This document shows positions 37,513 through 46,718 of a DNA stretch of 64,000 nucleotides, in pieces. Origin of the DNA: Ramlibacter sp. 2FC. Lineage in GTDB: Bacteria > Pseudomonadota > Gammaproteobacteria > Burkholderiales > Burkholderiaceae_C. The position numbers and the translations under genes are program-made. The notes under the pieces are model-generated. The model saw nothing but the letters and a program-made list of their open reading frames with translations, had not been told where the DNA came from and searched no databases. How positions within the stretch are numbered: position 1 is the first letter of the stretch; each line of letters starts with the position of its first letter. Where the stretch lies: assembly GCA_943372495.1 (NCBI GenBank), contig CALRYV010000032.1, forward strand, positions 2,669-66,668. Reading direction: 5' to 3'.

Positions 37513-38861
37513 GCAAACCCGCGGCCAGTCCCGTTCCCTGGCGCCGGTGGGCGGTGCAGATGGAGGCGCTGCGCGCCGCCCTCGCCGCGCGTCAGGCCAG
37601 GCCGGCGTCGACCCGGGTGTCGCAGCACGCGCGGCTGGTGTTCATGGACACCATCGGCTGCATGCTGGCCGGGCGCCGGGCGCCTGAGCTGGCGGCGCTG
37701 GAGGCCCAGCTCGGCGCGCTCGAGCCGGGCACGTTTCCGATGCCGGCGGGCTCCAAGCTCGGGCTGCGTGCAGCCGGCCAGTTGCTGGCGATCGGGCCGA
37801 CCTGGCACGAGGCCTGCGAAGGCCACGCCTATGCCCACGGCCGTCCCGGCGTGGCCGTCATCGCGGCCCTGTTGCCGCTGGCGTTGCACCGCGACGCCAA
37901 GGTGGGCGAGTTCGTCGACGCGCTGGTCAGCGGCTACGAGGTCGGCGCGCGCGCCGGCGGCTGGTTGCGGATCGCCCCCGGCCTGCACGTCGACGGCAAC
38001 TGGCCCGCGCTGGGCGCCGCCGCCGGCGTGGCGCGGCTGCTCGGCCTGCCGGCCGACGTCGCGATGAAGGCGGTCGGCATCGCCGCCTGCCAGCTGCCCT
38101 CCAGCCTCTACCTGCCGATCCGCACCGGCCGCAACGTCCGCAACCTGTATCTGGCCCACAGCGCGACGCTGGGCCTGGACGCGGCGCTGGCCGCGCAGGC
38201 CGGTTTCGACGCGCCGGGCGACGCCCTGGCCTGGTACGCCGAATACCTGTCGCCCGCCGCCACCCAGGCGCCGCCGCCGCCGGCCGCCGACCTGATCCTG
38301 GATGCCTACCTGAAGCCGTTCGCGGCGGTGCGGCACGTGCACTACGGCGCCCTGGGAGCGCAGCGGGCGCGCGCGCGGCTGCAGGGCCAGACCGAAGGCA
38401 TCCACCGCATCGTGCTGCAGGTGTACGAGGAGGCCGCCGTCTACTGCAACAACCCGCAGCCCATGACGCTGCTGGCGGCGCAGTTCAGCCTCAGCTTCGG
38501 CGTCGCGTCGATGCTGCGCTTCGGCACGCTGGCGCCGTCCAGTTACGAGGCGCCGAACTTCCTGGATCCGGAACTGCGCCGGCTGGAGGCGCTGGTGGAG
38601 TTGCAGATCGACCGGCAGCTGACGCTCAACGGCGAGCGCGGCGCCCACCTCACCGTGGTGTCGCGGCTCGGGCATTGCGAGGAGCAGGTCGCCGCCGACG
38701 ATCCGGGCCTGCTGCTGGACGCCGCCGCCGCGATCGAGAAATTCGCCGACAGCGCCGCCCCGACCATCGCGCCGGCAGCCAGCCGCGCCTTTTGCGCGGC
38801 GCTGCTGCAGGCGCGCGCCGACATGCCGATGCGCCGTCTCTGGCAACTGCTCAAGCCCTGA
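37509..38861 (+). CDS. MmgE/PrpD-family protein (2-methylcitrate dehydratase superfamily)
   Basis: 450 aa. The call rests on ARLVFMDTIGCMLAG..., the overall length and the helical pattern, as I recognise the family. There is an ATGA overlap with the upstream gene. Confidence 0.7.
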   Translation: MSKPAASPVPWRRWAVQMEALRAALAARQARPASTRVSQHARLVFMDTIGCMLAGRRAPELAALEAQLGALEPGTFPMPAGSKLGLRAAGQLLAIGPTWHEACEGHAYAHGRPGVAVIAALLPLALHRDAKVGEFVDALVSGYEVGARAGGWLRIAPGLHVDGNWPALGAAAGVARLLGLPADVAMKAVGIAACQLPSSLYLPIRTGRNVRNLYLAHSATLGLDAALAAQAGFDAPGDALAWYAEYLSPAATQAPPPPAADLILDAYLKPFAAVRHVHYGALGAQRARARLQGQTEGIHRIVLQVYEEAAVYCNNPQPMTLLAAQFSLSFGVASMLRFGTLAPSSYEAPNFLDPELRRLEALVELQIDRQLTLNGERGAHLTVVSRLGHCEEQVAADDPGLLLDAAAAIEKFADSAAPTIAPAASRAFCAALLQARADMPMRRLWQLLKP

Positions 38862-38872
38862 AGGAACCTGCC

Positions 38873-39883
38873 ATGCCGTTTGTCCCGCCCGTCCAACCCG
38901 CATCCGTCCGCCGCCGCGAGCTGCTGCGCTGGAGTTCGGCCCTGCCGCTCGCCGCGCTCGGCGCCGGGGTCCTGGCCCAGGATTCGCGCCCAGTGCGGCT
39001 GGTGGTTCCGTTCCCGGCCGGCGGTCCGACCGATGCCCTCGCGCGACTGGCAGCGGAGGGCCTCGCGGCGCAGTTGCACCAGCCGGTGGTGGTCGACAAC
39101 AAGGGCGGGGCCGGGGGCGGCATCGCCGCCGAATTCGTCTCGCGCGCGCCGGCCGACGGGCTGACGCTGCTGGTCGCCGGCCAGGGCCTGCTGTTCATCA
39201 ACAAGCCGCTGTCGAGAAACAGGAAATTGGCCTACGACCCGGACGCCGACTACGCTTACGTCGGCATGCTGGGGAGCTTCCCCAATGTGGTGGTCTCCAA
39301 TCCGGAAGCGGTGCCGGCGCAGTCGCTCGACGAGCTGCTGGCCCAGGCGCGCGCCAACCCGGGGCGCATTGCCTATGGCTCCAACGGCATCGGCTCGCTC
39401 ACCCACCTGAGCACCGAGATCCTCGCCACCAGCGCCAAGGTGAAATTCCTGCATGTCCCGTACCAGGGCGCCGCGCCGCAGATGGCCGACCTGCTGTCGG
39501 GCCGGATCGGCTTCGCCATCAACGGCGTGCAGTCCGTGCTGCCGCTGATCAGGCAGGGCAAGCTGCGTGCGCTCGCCGTCACCACCGCCACCCGCTATGC
39601 CGAACTGCCGAACGTGCCGACGCTGGTGGAATCCGGCTTCCCGGCGCTGGACCTGCCGGTCTGGTTCGGCGTCTACGCGCCCGCGGCCACGCCGGCGCCG
39701 GTCCTGGCCCGCCTGCGCGCGGCGCTGGCCACGCTCACCGCCACGCCGGCCTATGGCGCGGAACTGGGCAAGCGCGGCGCCATCGTGATGAAGGTGCCGG
39801 TCGAGGCCGGCGAGGCGATGTTCGCGCGCGAGCGCACGCTCTGGGCCGATGCCGTGCGCAGCACCGGCGCCAGCGCGGATTGA
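38873..39883 (+). CDS. Bug-family (TctC-like) substrate-binding protein, second copy, Tat-like signal
   Basis: MPFVPPVQPASVRRRELLRWSSALPLAALGAGVLAQ...RLVVPFPAGGPTDALARLAA...VVDNKGGAGGGIAAEFVSRAPADGLTLL...VPYQGAAPQMADLLSGRIGFAI. Confidence 0.9.
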   Translation: MPFVPPVQPASVRRRELLRWSSALPLAALGAGVLAQDSRPVRLVVPFPAGGPTDALARLAAEGLAAQLHQPVVVDNKGGAGGGIAAEFVSRAPADGLTLLVAGQGLLFINKPLSRNRKLAYDPDADYAYVGMLGSFPNVVVSNPEAVPAQSLDELLAQARANPGRIAYGSNGIGSLTHLSTEILATSAKVKFLHVPYQGAAPQMADLLSGRIGFAINGVQSVLPLIRQGKLRALAVTTATRYAELPNVPTLVESGFPALDLPVWFGVYAPAATPAPVLARLRAALATLTATPAYGAELGKRGAIVMKVPVEAGEAMFARERTLWADAVRSTGASAD

Positions 39884-39884
39884 T

Positions 39885-40412
39885 ATGTCGGCCCCCACGA
39901 TGGGCAGCAGTTCCACCACGCAGGCCCGGGTCTGGCGCCTCGGCGCCGACGTCGACACCGACGTGCTGGCGCCCGGCCATGCGATGAAGCACGGCATCGA
40001 GGTGATCGCCAGGCACTGCCTCGAATCCGTGCGGCCCGAGTTCGCCGGCGCAGTGCGGCCCGGCGACGTGCTCGTGGCCGGCCCCAACTTCGGCATCGGC
40101 TCGTCGCGCGAACAGGCCGCCTCCGTGCTGGTGCAGCTCGGCGTCGCCGCGGTGATCGCGCCGTCGTTCTCCGGCCTGTACTTCCGCAATGCCTTCAATG
40201 TCGGCCTGCTGCTCCTGACCTGCGCGGATGCGGAGCAGATCGGCGAGGGCGAACGCATCGATGTCGACGCCCGCGCCGGCCGCGTCGTGCGCGCCGGGGG
40301 CCAGGTGCTGGCCACCGAACCGATTCCCGGCTTCCTGCTCGACATGGTCGAGGCGGGCGGACTGCTGGCCCAGTTGCAACTTCAAGCCCACCAGAAAAGG
40401 ACCTCCCCATGA
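39885..40412 (+). CDS. aconitase-family hydro-lyase small subunit (LeuD-like)
   Basis: VLVAGPNFGIGSSREQAASVL is the LeuD/aconitase swivel-domain GSSRE motif. The length is 175 aa. Confidence 0.85.
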   Translation: MSAPTMGSSSTTQARVWRLGADVDTDVLAPGHAMKHGIEVIARHCLESVRPEFAGAVRPGDVLVAGPNFGIGSSREQAASVLVQLGVAAVIAPSFSGLYFRNAFNVGLLLLTCADAEQIGEGERIDVDARAGRVVRAGGQVLATEPIPGFLLDMVEAGGLLAQLQLQAHQKRTSP

Positions 40413-41878
40413 AAGCCGCCTACGACCTGCTGATCAAGAACGTCCGGGTGGTCCGGCCGCACGGCAACACCGTGCACGAAGCCGACATCGCGATCACCGG
40501 CGGCAAGATCGCCAAGGTGGCGCCGGCGATCGAGCCGCTGCTGGCCAAGGTGGTGCACGACGGCAAGGGCCGGCTGGCCTTCCCGGGCGTGGTCGACGCC
40601 CACATGCACAGCGGCATCTATTCGCCGCTGGACGAGGATGCCGTCAGCGAGAGCAAGGCCGCGGCGATGGGCGGCGTGACCTCGAGCCTGAACTACTTCC
40701 GCACCGGCCAGTACTACCTGAACAAGGGCGGGCCGTACAAGAAGTTCTATCCCGAGGTGCTCAAGACCTCCAAGGGGCGCTTCCACGTCGACTACGGCTT
40801 CCACCTGGCGCCGATGGACAGCGTGCACAACGGCGAGATCGAGATGCTGATCGAGAAGTTCGGCGTCGCCAGCTTCAAGATCTTCATGTTCTACGGCTCG
40901 CACGGCCTGCACGGCGCCAGCGACAGCCAGCGCGACTTCCTGATGATCGGGGAGGGCGAGCGCTACGACTACGCCCACTTCGAGTTCGTGATGCGCGCGA
41001 TCCAGGCGGCGCGCGAGAAGATGCCGGAACGCGCGTCGCAGATCTCGCTGTCGCTGCATTGCGAGACGGCGGAGATCATGACGGCCTATACCAAGATCGT
41101 GGAGAAGGACAAGTCGCTGAAGGGCCTGGCGGCCTACAGCGCCTCGCGGCCGCAACATTCGGAAGGCCTGGCGGTGTTCATCGCCAGCTACCTGGCCAAC
41201 GAGACCGCGTTGCCCAACATCAACCTGCTGCACCTGTCGTCGCGCAAGGCGGTGCAGGCGGCCATCATGATGTCCGACATCTTTCCGCACATCGACTTCA
41301 AGCGCGAGGTGACCATCGGCCACCTGATGCTGGACATCAACAGCAAGGCGGCGGAACTGGCCAAGGTCAACCCGCCGATCCGGCCGCGCGAGGACGTGGA
41401 ATTCCTGTGGGACGCGCTGCTGGCCGGTGAGCTGGACTGGGTGGTGAGCGATCACGCCTGCTGCCGCCACGAGATGAAGATCCCCAAGCGCTACTTCGGC
41501 AACATCTGGATGGCCAAGAGCGGCTTCGGCGGCACCGAATACCTGTTGCCGGCGCTGGTCAGCGAGGGTTCTCGCCGCGGCATGGGCTACAACCACATGG
41601 CCCGCGTCACCAGCTGGAACCCGGCGCAGCGCTACGGCCTGAACAGCAAGGGCGACATCGATATCGGCTTCGACGCCGACATCGCGCTGGTCGACCCGGC
41701 CAAGACCTGGACCATCTCCGCCAAGAACTCGCCCTCGACCCAGGGCTACACGCCGTTCGAAGGGCTGGAGCTGTCGGCCCGGGTGGAGGAAACCTTCCTG
41801 CGCGGCCAGTTGATCTGCCAGGACGGCAACGTCGTCGGCAAGCCGATCGGGCAATACCTGTTCCGGCCGACGGCGTGA
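40409..41878 (+). CDS. cyclic amidohydrolase (D-hydantoinase / dihydropyrimidinase / dihydroorotase-like)
   Basis: The full binuclear-metal ligand set is visible: PGVVDAHMH (HxH), ASFKIFMFY (carboxylated Lys), SLHCE (His), LLHLSS (His) and VVSDHAC (Asp). The length is 489 aa. Confidence 0.85.
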   Translation: MKAAYDLLIKNVRVVRPHGNTVHEADIAITGGKIAKVAPAIEPLLAKVVHDGKGRLAFPGVVDAHMHSGIYSPLDEDAVSESKAAAMGGVTSSLNYFRTGQYYLNKGGPYKKFYPEVLKTSKGRFHVDYGFHLAPMDSVHNGEIEMLIEKFGVASFKIFMFYGSHGLHGASDSQRDFLMIGEGERYDYAHFEFVMRAIQAAREKMPERASQISLSLHCETAEIMTAYTKIVEKDKSLKGLAAYSASRPQHSEGLAVFIASYLANETALPNINLLHLSSRKAVQAAIMMSDIFPHIDFKREVTIGHLMLDINSKAAELAKVNPPIRPREDVEFLWDALLAGELDWVVSDHACCRHEMKIPKRYFGNIWMAKSGFGGTEYLLPALVSEGSRRGMGYNHMARVTSWNPAQRYGLNSKGDIDIGFDADIALVDPAKTWTISAKNSPSTQGYTPFEGLELSARVEETFLRGQLICQDGNVVGKPIGQYLFRPTA

Positions 41879-43227
41879 CCCCCTGCGTTCGCGCCGGCAG
41901 CCCGCCTGTCGACGCTCCCGATGTTCCCGTGGCGATCGTCGGCGCCGGCGCCTGCGGCCTGACGGCGGCACTGCTGCTGGCGGACGCCGGCATCGGCTGC
42001 GTGCTGCTGGAGCGCGACGCGGCGCCGTCCGGGTCCACGGCGCTGTCGTCCGGCTTCATCCCCGCGCCGGGCAGCCGGGTGCAGCGCGCGCGCGGCATCG
42101 ACGACAGCGCCGCCCGATTTGCCGCCGACATCCAGGCCAAAGCCCACGGAACGGCCGCGCCGCACCTGGTCGCGGCTTACGCCGCTGCCATCGGGCCGGC
42201 GCTGGATGCGCTGGAGACGCGCCACGGCCTGCAGTTCGAACTGCTGGAAGGCTTTCTCTACCCGGGCCACAGCGTGGCGCGCATGCATGCGGTGCCGGAG
42301 AAGACCGGCGCGGCGCTGATGGACCGCCTGCAGCGCGCGGCCGAGGCCGCCGGCATCACGGTGCTGACGCAGGCGCTGGTGCGGGAACTGTGGGTTGATG
42401 GCGAGCGGGTGACAGGCGTCGGTTACGAGCGTCCCGACGGCAGCATCGAGCGCCTGCGCTGCGACGCGGTGCTGCTGGCCTGCAACGGCTTCGGCGGCAA
42501 TTCCGCGCTGGTGCGCGAGCTGCTGCCGGCGATGCGGGACGCCACCTTCGCCGGCCATGGCGGCAACGACGGCAGCGCGATCGCCTGGGGCCGCGCGCTC
42601 GGGGCCCGGCTGGCGGACCTGGGCGGCTACCAGGGCCATGGCTCGTGGGCCGTGCCGCACGGCGTGCTGGTGTCGTGGGCGCTGATGATGGAGGGCGCGA
42701 TCCAGCTCAACTGCGAGGGCCGGCGTTTTCACGACGAGACCCAGGGCTATTCGGAGGCGGCGGTGGACGTGCTGGCGCAACCGGGCGGCATCGCCTGGAA
42801 CGTGTTCGACACCGCGTTGCTGCTGTTCGCGCGCGGCTTCCCGGATTTCGTCGCGGCCGAGGCCGCCGGCGCGGTCCGCCATGCCGCCGATGTCGCGGCG
42901 CTGGCGGCGTTGATCGGTTGCGACGCGGCGGTGCTGGCGGCCACGCTGGCAGGCGTGAAGCTCACGCCGCCGTACTGCGCCGTCAAGGTGACCGGCGCGC
43001 TGTTCCATACCCAGGGTGGGCTCGACATCGATGCCCAGTGCCGGGTGCTGCGCGCCGACGGCACGCCGTGGCCCAATCTGCTCGCCGCCGGCGGCGCCGC
43101 CCGTGGCGTGTCCGGCAACGCCGTTTGGGGCTATCTTTCGGGCAACGGCCTGCTGAGCGCCGTCGCCGGCGGCGCGATCGCCGCTGCAACCCTGGCCGAT
43201 TTTCCGGCCACGAGGAATCCATCATGA
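41875..43227 (+). CDS. FAD-dependent oxidoreductase (fumarate reductase/succinate dehydrogenase flavoprotein-like, soluble)
   Basis: The dinucleotide fold is VAIVGAGACGLTAALLLADAG...LLERD. The C-terminal region LFHTQGGLDIDAQCRVL...NLLAAGGAARGV is typical of FRD/KstD-like flavoproteins. A GTGA overlap joins it to the upstream gene. Confidence 0.8.
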   Translation: MTPCVRAGSPPVDAPDVPVAIVGAGACGLTAALLLADAGIGCVLLERDAAPSGSTALSSGFIPAPGSRVQRARGIDDSAARFAADIQAKAHGTAAPHLVAAYAAAIGPALDALETRHGLQFELLEGFLYPGHSVARMHAVPEKTGAALMDRLQRAAEAAGITVLTQALVRELWVDGERVTGVGYERPDGSIERLRCDAVLLACNGFGGNSALVRELLPAMRDATFAGHGGNDGSAIAWGRALGARLADLGGYQGHGSWAVPHGVLVSWALMMEGAIQLNCEGRRFHDETQGYSEAAVDVLAQPGGIAWNVFDTALLLFARGFPDFVAAEAAGAVRHAADVAALAALIGCDAAVLAATLAGVKLTPPYCAVKVTGALFHTQGGLDIDAQCRVLRADGTPWPNLLAAGGAARGVSGNAVWGYLSGNGLLSAVAGGAIAAATLADFPATRNPS

Positions 43228-44084
43228 CCTTGCAACAACGTCTCGCCTTGCCGCGCCCGCTGCTGGCCCCCGGCGTCTACGACGCGCTCAGCGCGCTGGT
43301 CGCCGAGCAGGCCGGCTTCGAAGCCCTCTACCTGTCGGGCGCCTCGATCGCCTACAGCCGGCTCGGCCGCTCCGACATCGGCCTGACCACCGCCAGCGAA
43401 GTGGCGCAGACGCTGGCGCTGATCACCGACCGGGTGCGGGTCCCGGTGATCGTCGACGCCGACACCGGGTTCGGCAACGCCCTGAACACGCAGCGCACGG
43501 TGCGCGAGTTCGAGCGGGCCGGCGCCGCGATGATCCAGCTGGAGGACCAGACCTTTCCCAAGCGCTGCGGCCACCTGGATGGCAAGGGCGTGGTGCCGGT
43601 CGCGGAGATGCAGGGCAAGCTGCGCGCGGCGCTCGACGCCCGCCAGTCGAGCCGGACGCTGGTGCTGGCGCGCACCGATGCGGTGGCGGTGGAGGGCCTG
43701 GAGGCAGCGCTGGAACGGGCCGAGCGCTATGTCGAATGCGGCGTCGACGCGCTGTTCATCGAGGCGCTGCGCACGCCGCAGCAGATGGACACGGCCTGCG
43801 GCCGCTTTGCGCAGCGCATTCCCCTGCTGGCCAACATGGTCGAAGGCGGCAAGACGCCGGTGCAGGACGCGGACGAACTGGGCCGGCGCGGTTTCCGGAT
43901 CGTGATCTTTCCCGGTGGCACGGCGCGGGCCGTCGCCCACACGCTGCAGGGGTATTACGCCAGCCTGCACCAGCACGGCACGACCGCGCCGTGGCAGGAC
44001 CGGATGCTGGATTTCGACGGCCTGAATCGCCTGATCGGCACGCCGGAGCTGCTGGAGACCGGGCGCCGCTACCAGGGCGATTGA
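43224..44084 (+). CDS. isocitrate lyase / PEP mutase superfamily enzyme (methylisocitrate-lyase / dimethylmalate-lyase / oxaloacetate-decarboxylase-like)
   Basis: GVYDALSALVAEQAGFEALYLSG, VIVDADTGFG and QLEDQTFPKRCGHLDGK carry the K(R/K)CGH signature. The length is 286 aa. There is an ATGA overlap with the upstream gene. Confidence 0.85.
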   Translation: MTLQQRLALPRPLLAPGVYDALSALVAEQAGFEALYLSGASIAYSRLGRSDIGLTTASEVAQTLALITDRVRVPVIVDADTGFGNALNTQRTVREFERAGAAMIQLEDQTFPKRCGHLDGKGVVPVAEMQGKLRAALDARQSSRTLVLARTDAVAVEGLEAALERAERYVECGVDALFIEALRTPQQMDTACGRFAQRIPLLANMVEGGKTPVQDADELGRRGFRIVIFPGGTARAVAHTLQGYYASLHQHGTTAPWQDRMLDFDGLNRLIGTPELLETGRRYQGD

Positions 44085-44133
44085 GCGGCGCCGACATATA
44101 CCTGCGGCCCGGGGCGAAAGGGGCGCATGATGG

Positions 44134-44472
44134 GTGGTTCCCCCCCATCTCCTGGAGTACCCCATCAATCCATTCATCTGGTGCGCCGTCGGCGCACTGA
44201 TCGGCGCCGCCGCCTCGTTCATGGTCTCCAACCAAGGCAAGACCGTCATGATCGAGAACGTGGCGGTCGGCGTGTTCGGCGCCTTCATCGGCGGCGACTT
44301 CGTGGCCGCGATGATCGGCGGCGGCCTCGTCAACGACAAGGATTTCCGCATGAGTTCGCTGGGCATGGCGATCGCTGGCGCCGTCGTGATGCTGATGGCG
44401 CTGCGGCTGATGCGCGGCGCCGTCGGCCCGATGCGCGGCTCGAAAAGCAAGGCCGGCCAGCGTCGCCCCTGA
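44134..44472 (+). CDS. GlsB/YeaQ/YmgE-family (transglycosylase-associated) small membrane stress protein
   Basis: The Gly-rich TM helices are FIWCAVGALIGAAASFM, VAVGVFGAFIGGDFVAAMIGG and LGMAIAGAVVMLMAL. A GTG start is assumed. Confidence 0.65.
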   Translation: MVPPHLLEYPINPFIWCAVGALIGAAASFMVSNQGKTVMIENVAVGVFGAFIGGDFVAAMIGGGLVNDKDFRMSSLGMAIAGAVVMLMALRLMRGAVGPMRGSKSKAGQRRP

Positions 44473-44539
44473 GGCACCGGGGCCGGACGGCGCGGCGTAA
44501 GATCGGCCGCTTGTTCGCAGCTTTCCCTGGAGATTGCCC

Positions 44540-45082
44540 ATGAGTTCGTCCCCGCAAACCATCGTCCTGGGTGGCGGCTGCTTCTGGTGCACCGAGGCCG
44601 TGTTCGTCAAGGTGCGCGGCATCACCGACGTCGAGTCCGGCTACAGCAACGGCCAGACCCAGCGCCCCAGCTACGAGCAGGTGTGCACCGGCACCACCGG
44701 CCACAACGAGGTCGTCAAGCTCACCTACGACCCGGCGCAGATCAGCCTGGACCAGATCCTGCAGATCTTCTTCGTGGTCCACGACCCGACCACGCTCAAC
44801 CGCCAGGGCAACGACAGCGGCACCCAGTACCGCAGCGGCATCTACTTCACGACGCCGGAGCAGCAACAGGTCGCGCAGTCGATGATCGCCCAGATGACGA
44901 AGGAGAACCTGTTCGGCAAGCCGATCGTCACCGAGGTGCTGCCGCTGGACAACTACTCGCCGGCCGAGGAGTACCACCAGGACTTCTTCGAGAAGAACCC
45001 GTACCAGGGCTATTGCGTCGCGGTGGCAGCGCCCAAGGTCGCGAAGTTCCGCAAGACCTTCACCGAGCTGGTGAAGGCCTGA
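44540..45082 (+). CDS. msrA: peptide-methionine (S)-S-oxide reductase
   Basis: IVLGGGCFWCTEAVF has the GCFWC active site. The sequence continues ...GYSNGQ...TGHNEVVKLTYDP...QGNDSGTQYRSGIY. GGAG lies 8 nt upstream of the ATG at 44540. Confidence 0.9.
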   Translation: MSSSPQTIVLGGGCFWCTEAVFVKVRGITDVESGYSNGQTQRPSYEQVCTGTTGHNEVVKLTYDPAQISLDQILQIFFVVHDPTTLNRQGNDSGTQYRSGIYFTTPEQQQVAQSMIAQMTKENLFGKPIVTEVLPLDNYSPAEEYHQDFFEKNPYQGYCVAVAAPKVAKFRKTFTELVKA

Positions 45083-45085
45083 GCG

Positions 45086-45436
45086 TCAAGCGCCCCGGAA
45101 CAGGCTCAGGCCCCAGGGCGAGAGCTTGACCGGCAGGTGGTAGTGCTGGGTCTCGTCCGACAGGCCGAAGCGGAACACCTGCACGTCCATGAAGGCCGGC
45201 TCCGGCAGCGTGGTGCCGCGGTCGCGGTAGTACTGGGCCACGTGCAGGCGCAGCTCGTAGCGGCCCGGCGGAATGTGGTCCGGGTTCTCCAGGTCCTCGA
45301 CCAGGCCGTTGTTGCCCACGTTTCCTTCCAGCACGATGCCGGGCTCGTCGGTGTCCAGGCTGACCACCTGCACGCGCATGCCGCGCGCCACGACGCCGTT
45401 GGCGATGTCGACGACGTGAACTGAGATCGGTTTCAT
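45086..45436 (-). CDS. transthyretin-family protein (5-hydroxyisourate hydrolase-like)
   Basis: MKPISVHVVDIANGVVARGMRVQV...YHLPVKLSPWGLSLFRGA. The N-terminal HVxD, the YH(L/V)P motif and the C-terminal ..(Y/F)RG(S/A) tail resemble HIUase. The final tetrapeptide deviates from the canonical YRGS. Confidence 0.7.
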   Translation of the reverse strand: MKPISVHVVDIANGVVARGMRVQVVSLDTDEPGIVLEGNVGNNGLVEDLENPDHIPPGRYELRLHVAQYYRDRGTTLPEPAFMDVQVFRFGLSDETQHYHLPVKLSPWGLSLFRGA

Positions 45437-45464
45437 TGACTTCCTTGTCTGTGTGATGTGCGGG

Positions 45465-46100
45465 TCAGGGCGCGAGCCGCTCGCGCAGCCACTGGCCGTC
45501 GCGCCACGCATAGCGCAGGCGATCGTGCAGCCGGCTCTTGCGGCCCTGCCAGAACTGCCATTCGTCGGCGACCAGCCGGTAGCCGCCCCAATGGGGCGGG
45601 CGCGGCGGTTGCAGCAGGAACTGGGCGCCGTACCTGGCCGCGTTGGCGACCAGCACCGAGCGCCCGGAGATCACCTGGCTCTGCGGGCTGGCCCAGGCGC
45701 CGATCCGCGAATCGAGCGGCCGGCTGGCGAAATAGGCGTCGCTCTCGGCGTCCGTCGTTTTTTCCACCCGGCCCTCGATCCGGACCACGCGCTCGAGCTC
45801 CACCCAGTGGAACTGCAGCGCCGCGTACGGGTTGCCGGCCAGCTCGCGGCCCTTGCGGCTGTCGTAGTTGGTGTAGAAGACGATGCCGCCCGCGTCGTAG
45901 CCCTTGAGCAGCACGATGCGGGTGCTGGGTCGCAGGTCGCTGGCCACCGTTGCCAGCGTCATTGCATTGGGTTCGGGCACCTCGGACTGGATGGCCTCCT
46001 GCAGCCACTGCTCGAACTGCCGCAGCGGGTGGGCGTGGGAAGCGTCTTCGCTGAGTTCGGCGCGCTCGTAGCTCTTGCGCAGTTGGGAGATGTCCGTCAT
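45465..46100 (-). CDS. pdxH: pyridoxamine 5'-phosphate oxidase
   Basis: [36 protein letters not shown]...[24 protein letters not shown]...[27 protein letters not shown] is canonical PdxH. Confidence 0.9.
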   Translation of the reverse strand: MTDISQLRKSYERAELSEDASHAHPLRQFEQWLQEAIQSEVPEPNAMTLATVASDLRPSTRIVLLKGYDAGGIVFYTNYDSRKGRELAGNPYAALQFHWVELERVVRIEGRVEKTTDAESDAYFASRPLDSRIGAWASPQSQVISGRSVLVANAARYGAQFLLQPPRPPHWGGYRLVADEWQFWQGRKSRLHDRLRYAWRDGQWLRERLAP

Positions 46101-46112
46101 TGTCCCGAGTAT

Positions 46113-46661
46113 ATGAACCCACCGATCGTCCTGGTGCTCGCCTCCGGCCGCGGCGAACGCTTCATCGCCTCCGGCGGCGCCGGCTCCAAGCTGCAGGCAG
46201 TCCTCGCCGGCAAGCCGGTGCTGGAACGCACGCTCGACGCCGTGCGCGCCAGCGGCCTGCCCTGGCACCTGGAGGACGCCGGCCATGCCGGCATGGGCGA
46301 CTCGATCGCCGCCGGCGTGCGCGCCACGGCGGATGCGGGCGGCTGGCTGGTGCTGCCGGGCGACCTGCCGCTGGTGCGCCCCGAGAGCCTGCGGCGGGTG
46401 GCGGCGGCGGTGGCGGCCGGCTACGGCGTCGTGCTGCCCACCTGTGCCGGCCAGCAGGGCCATCCCGTGGGCTTCGGGCCGGACTGCCGCGACGGCTTGC
46501 TGGCGCTGGCCGGGCCGGACGGCGCGGCCCCGGTGGCCCGGGCGCAAAAGCAGGCCAACCGGGCCCTGCAGCTCGAACTGGGCGACCCCGGCATCGTCAC
46601 CGACATCGACACGGTGGCCGACCTGGCCCGGGCCGAGCAGCTGCTTGCTAGACTTTCCTGA
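46113..46661 (+). CDS. MobA/MocA-like nucleotidyltransferase family protein
   Basis: [17 protein letters not shown] has the NTP-transferase Gly-rich loop. The sequence continues ...[11 protein letters not shown]... The 5' part of track ORF 45453..46661 is antisense to pdxH and is rejected. Confidence 0.7.
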   Translation: MNPPIVLVLASGRGERFIASGGAGSKLQAVLAGKPVLERTLDAVRASGLPWHLEDAGHAGMGDSIAAGVRATADAGGWLVLPGDLPLVRPESLRRVAAAVAAGYGVVLPTCAGQQGHPVGFGPDCRDGLLALAGPDGAAPVARAQKQANRALQLELGDPGIVTDIDTVADLARAEQLLARLS

Positions 46662-46718
46662 ACCGCCGGCCGATGACGCCGCGCACCATCAACCCCGATT
46701 ACCCTCACGCTGTTCCCC

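Noticed and set aside
45453-46661. A 402-aa plus-strand ORF.
   Set aside because: Its 5' two-thirds are antisense to pdxH, which is unambiguous. Only the part from the ATG at 46113 (the MobA-like protein) is kept.
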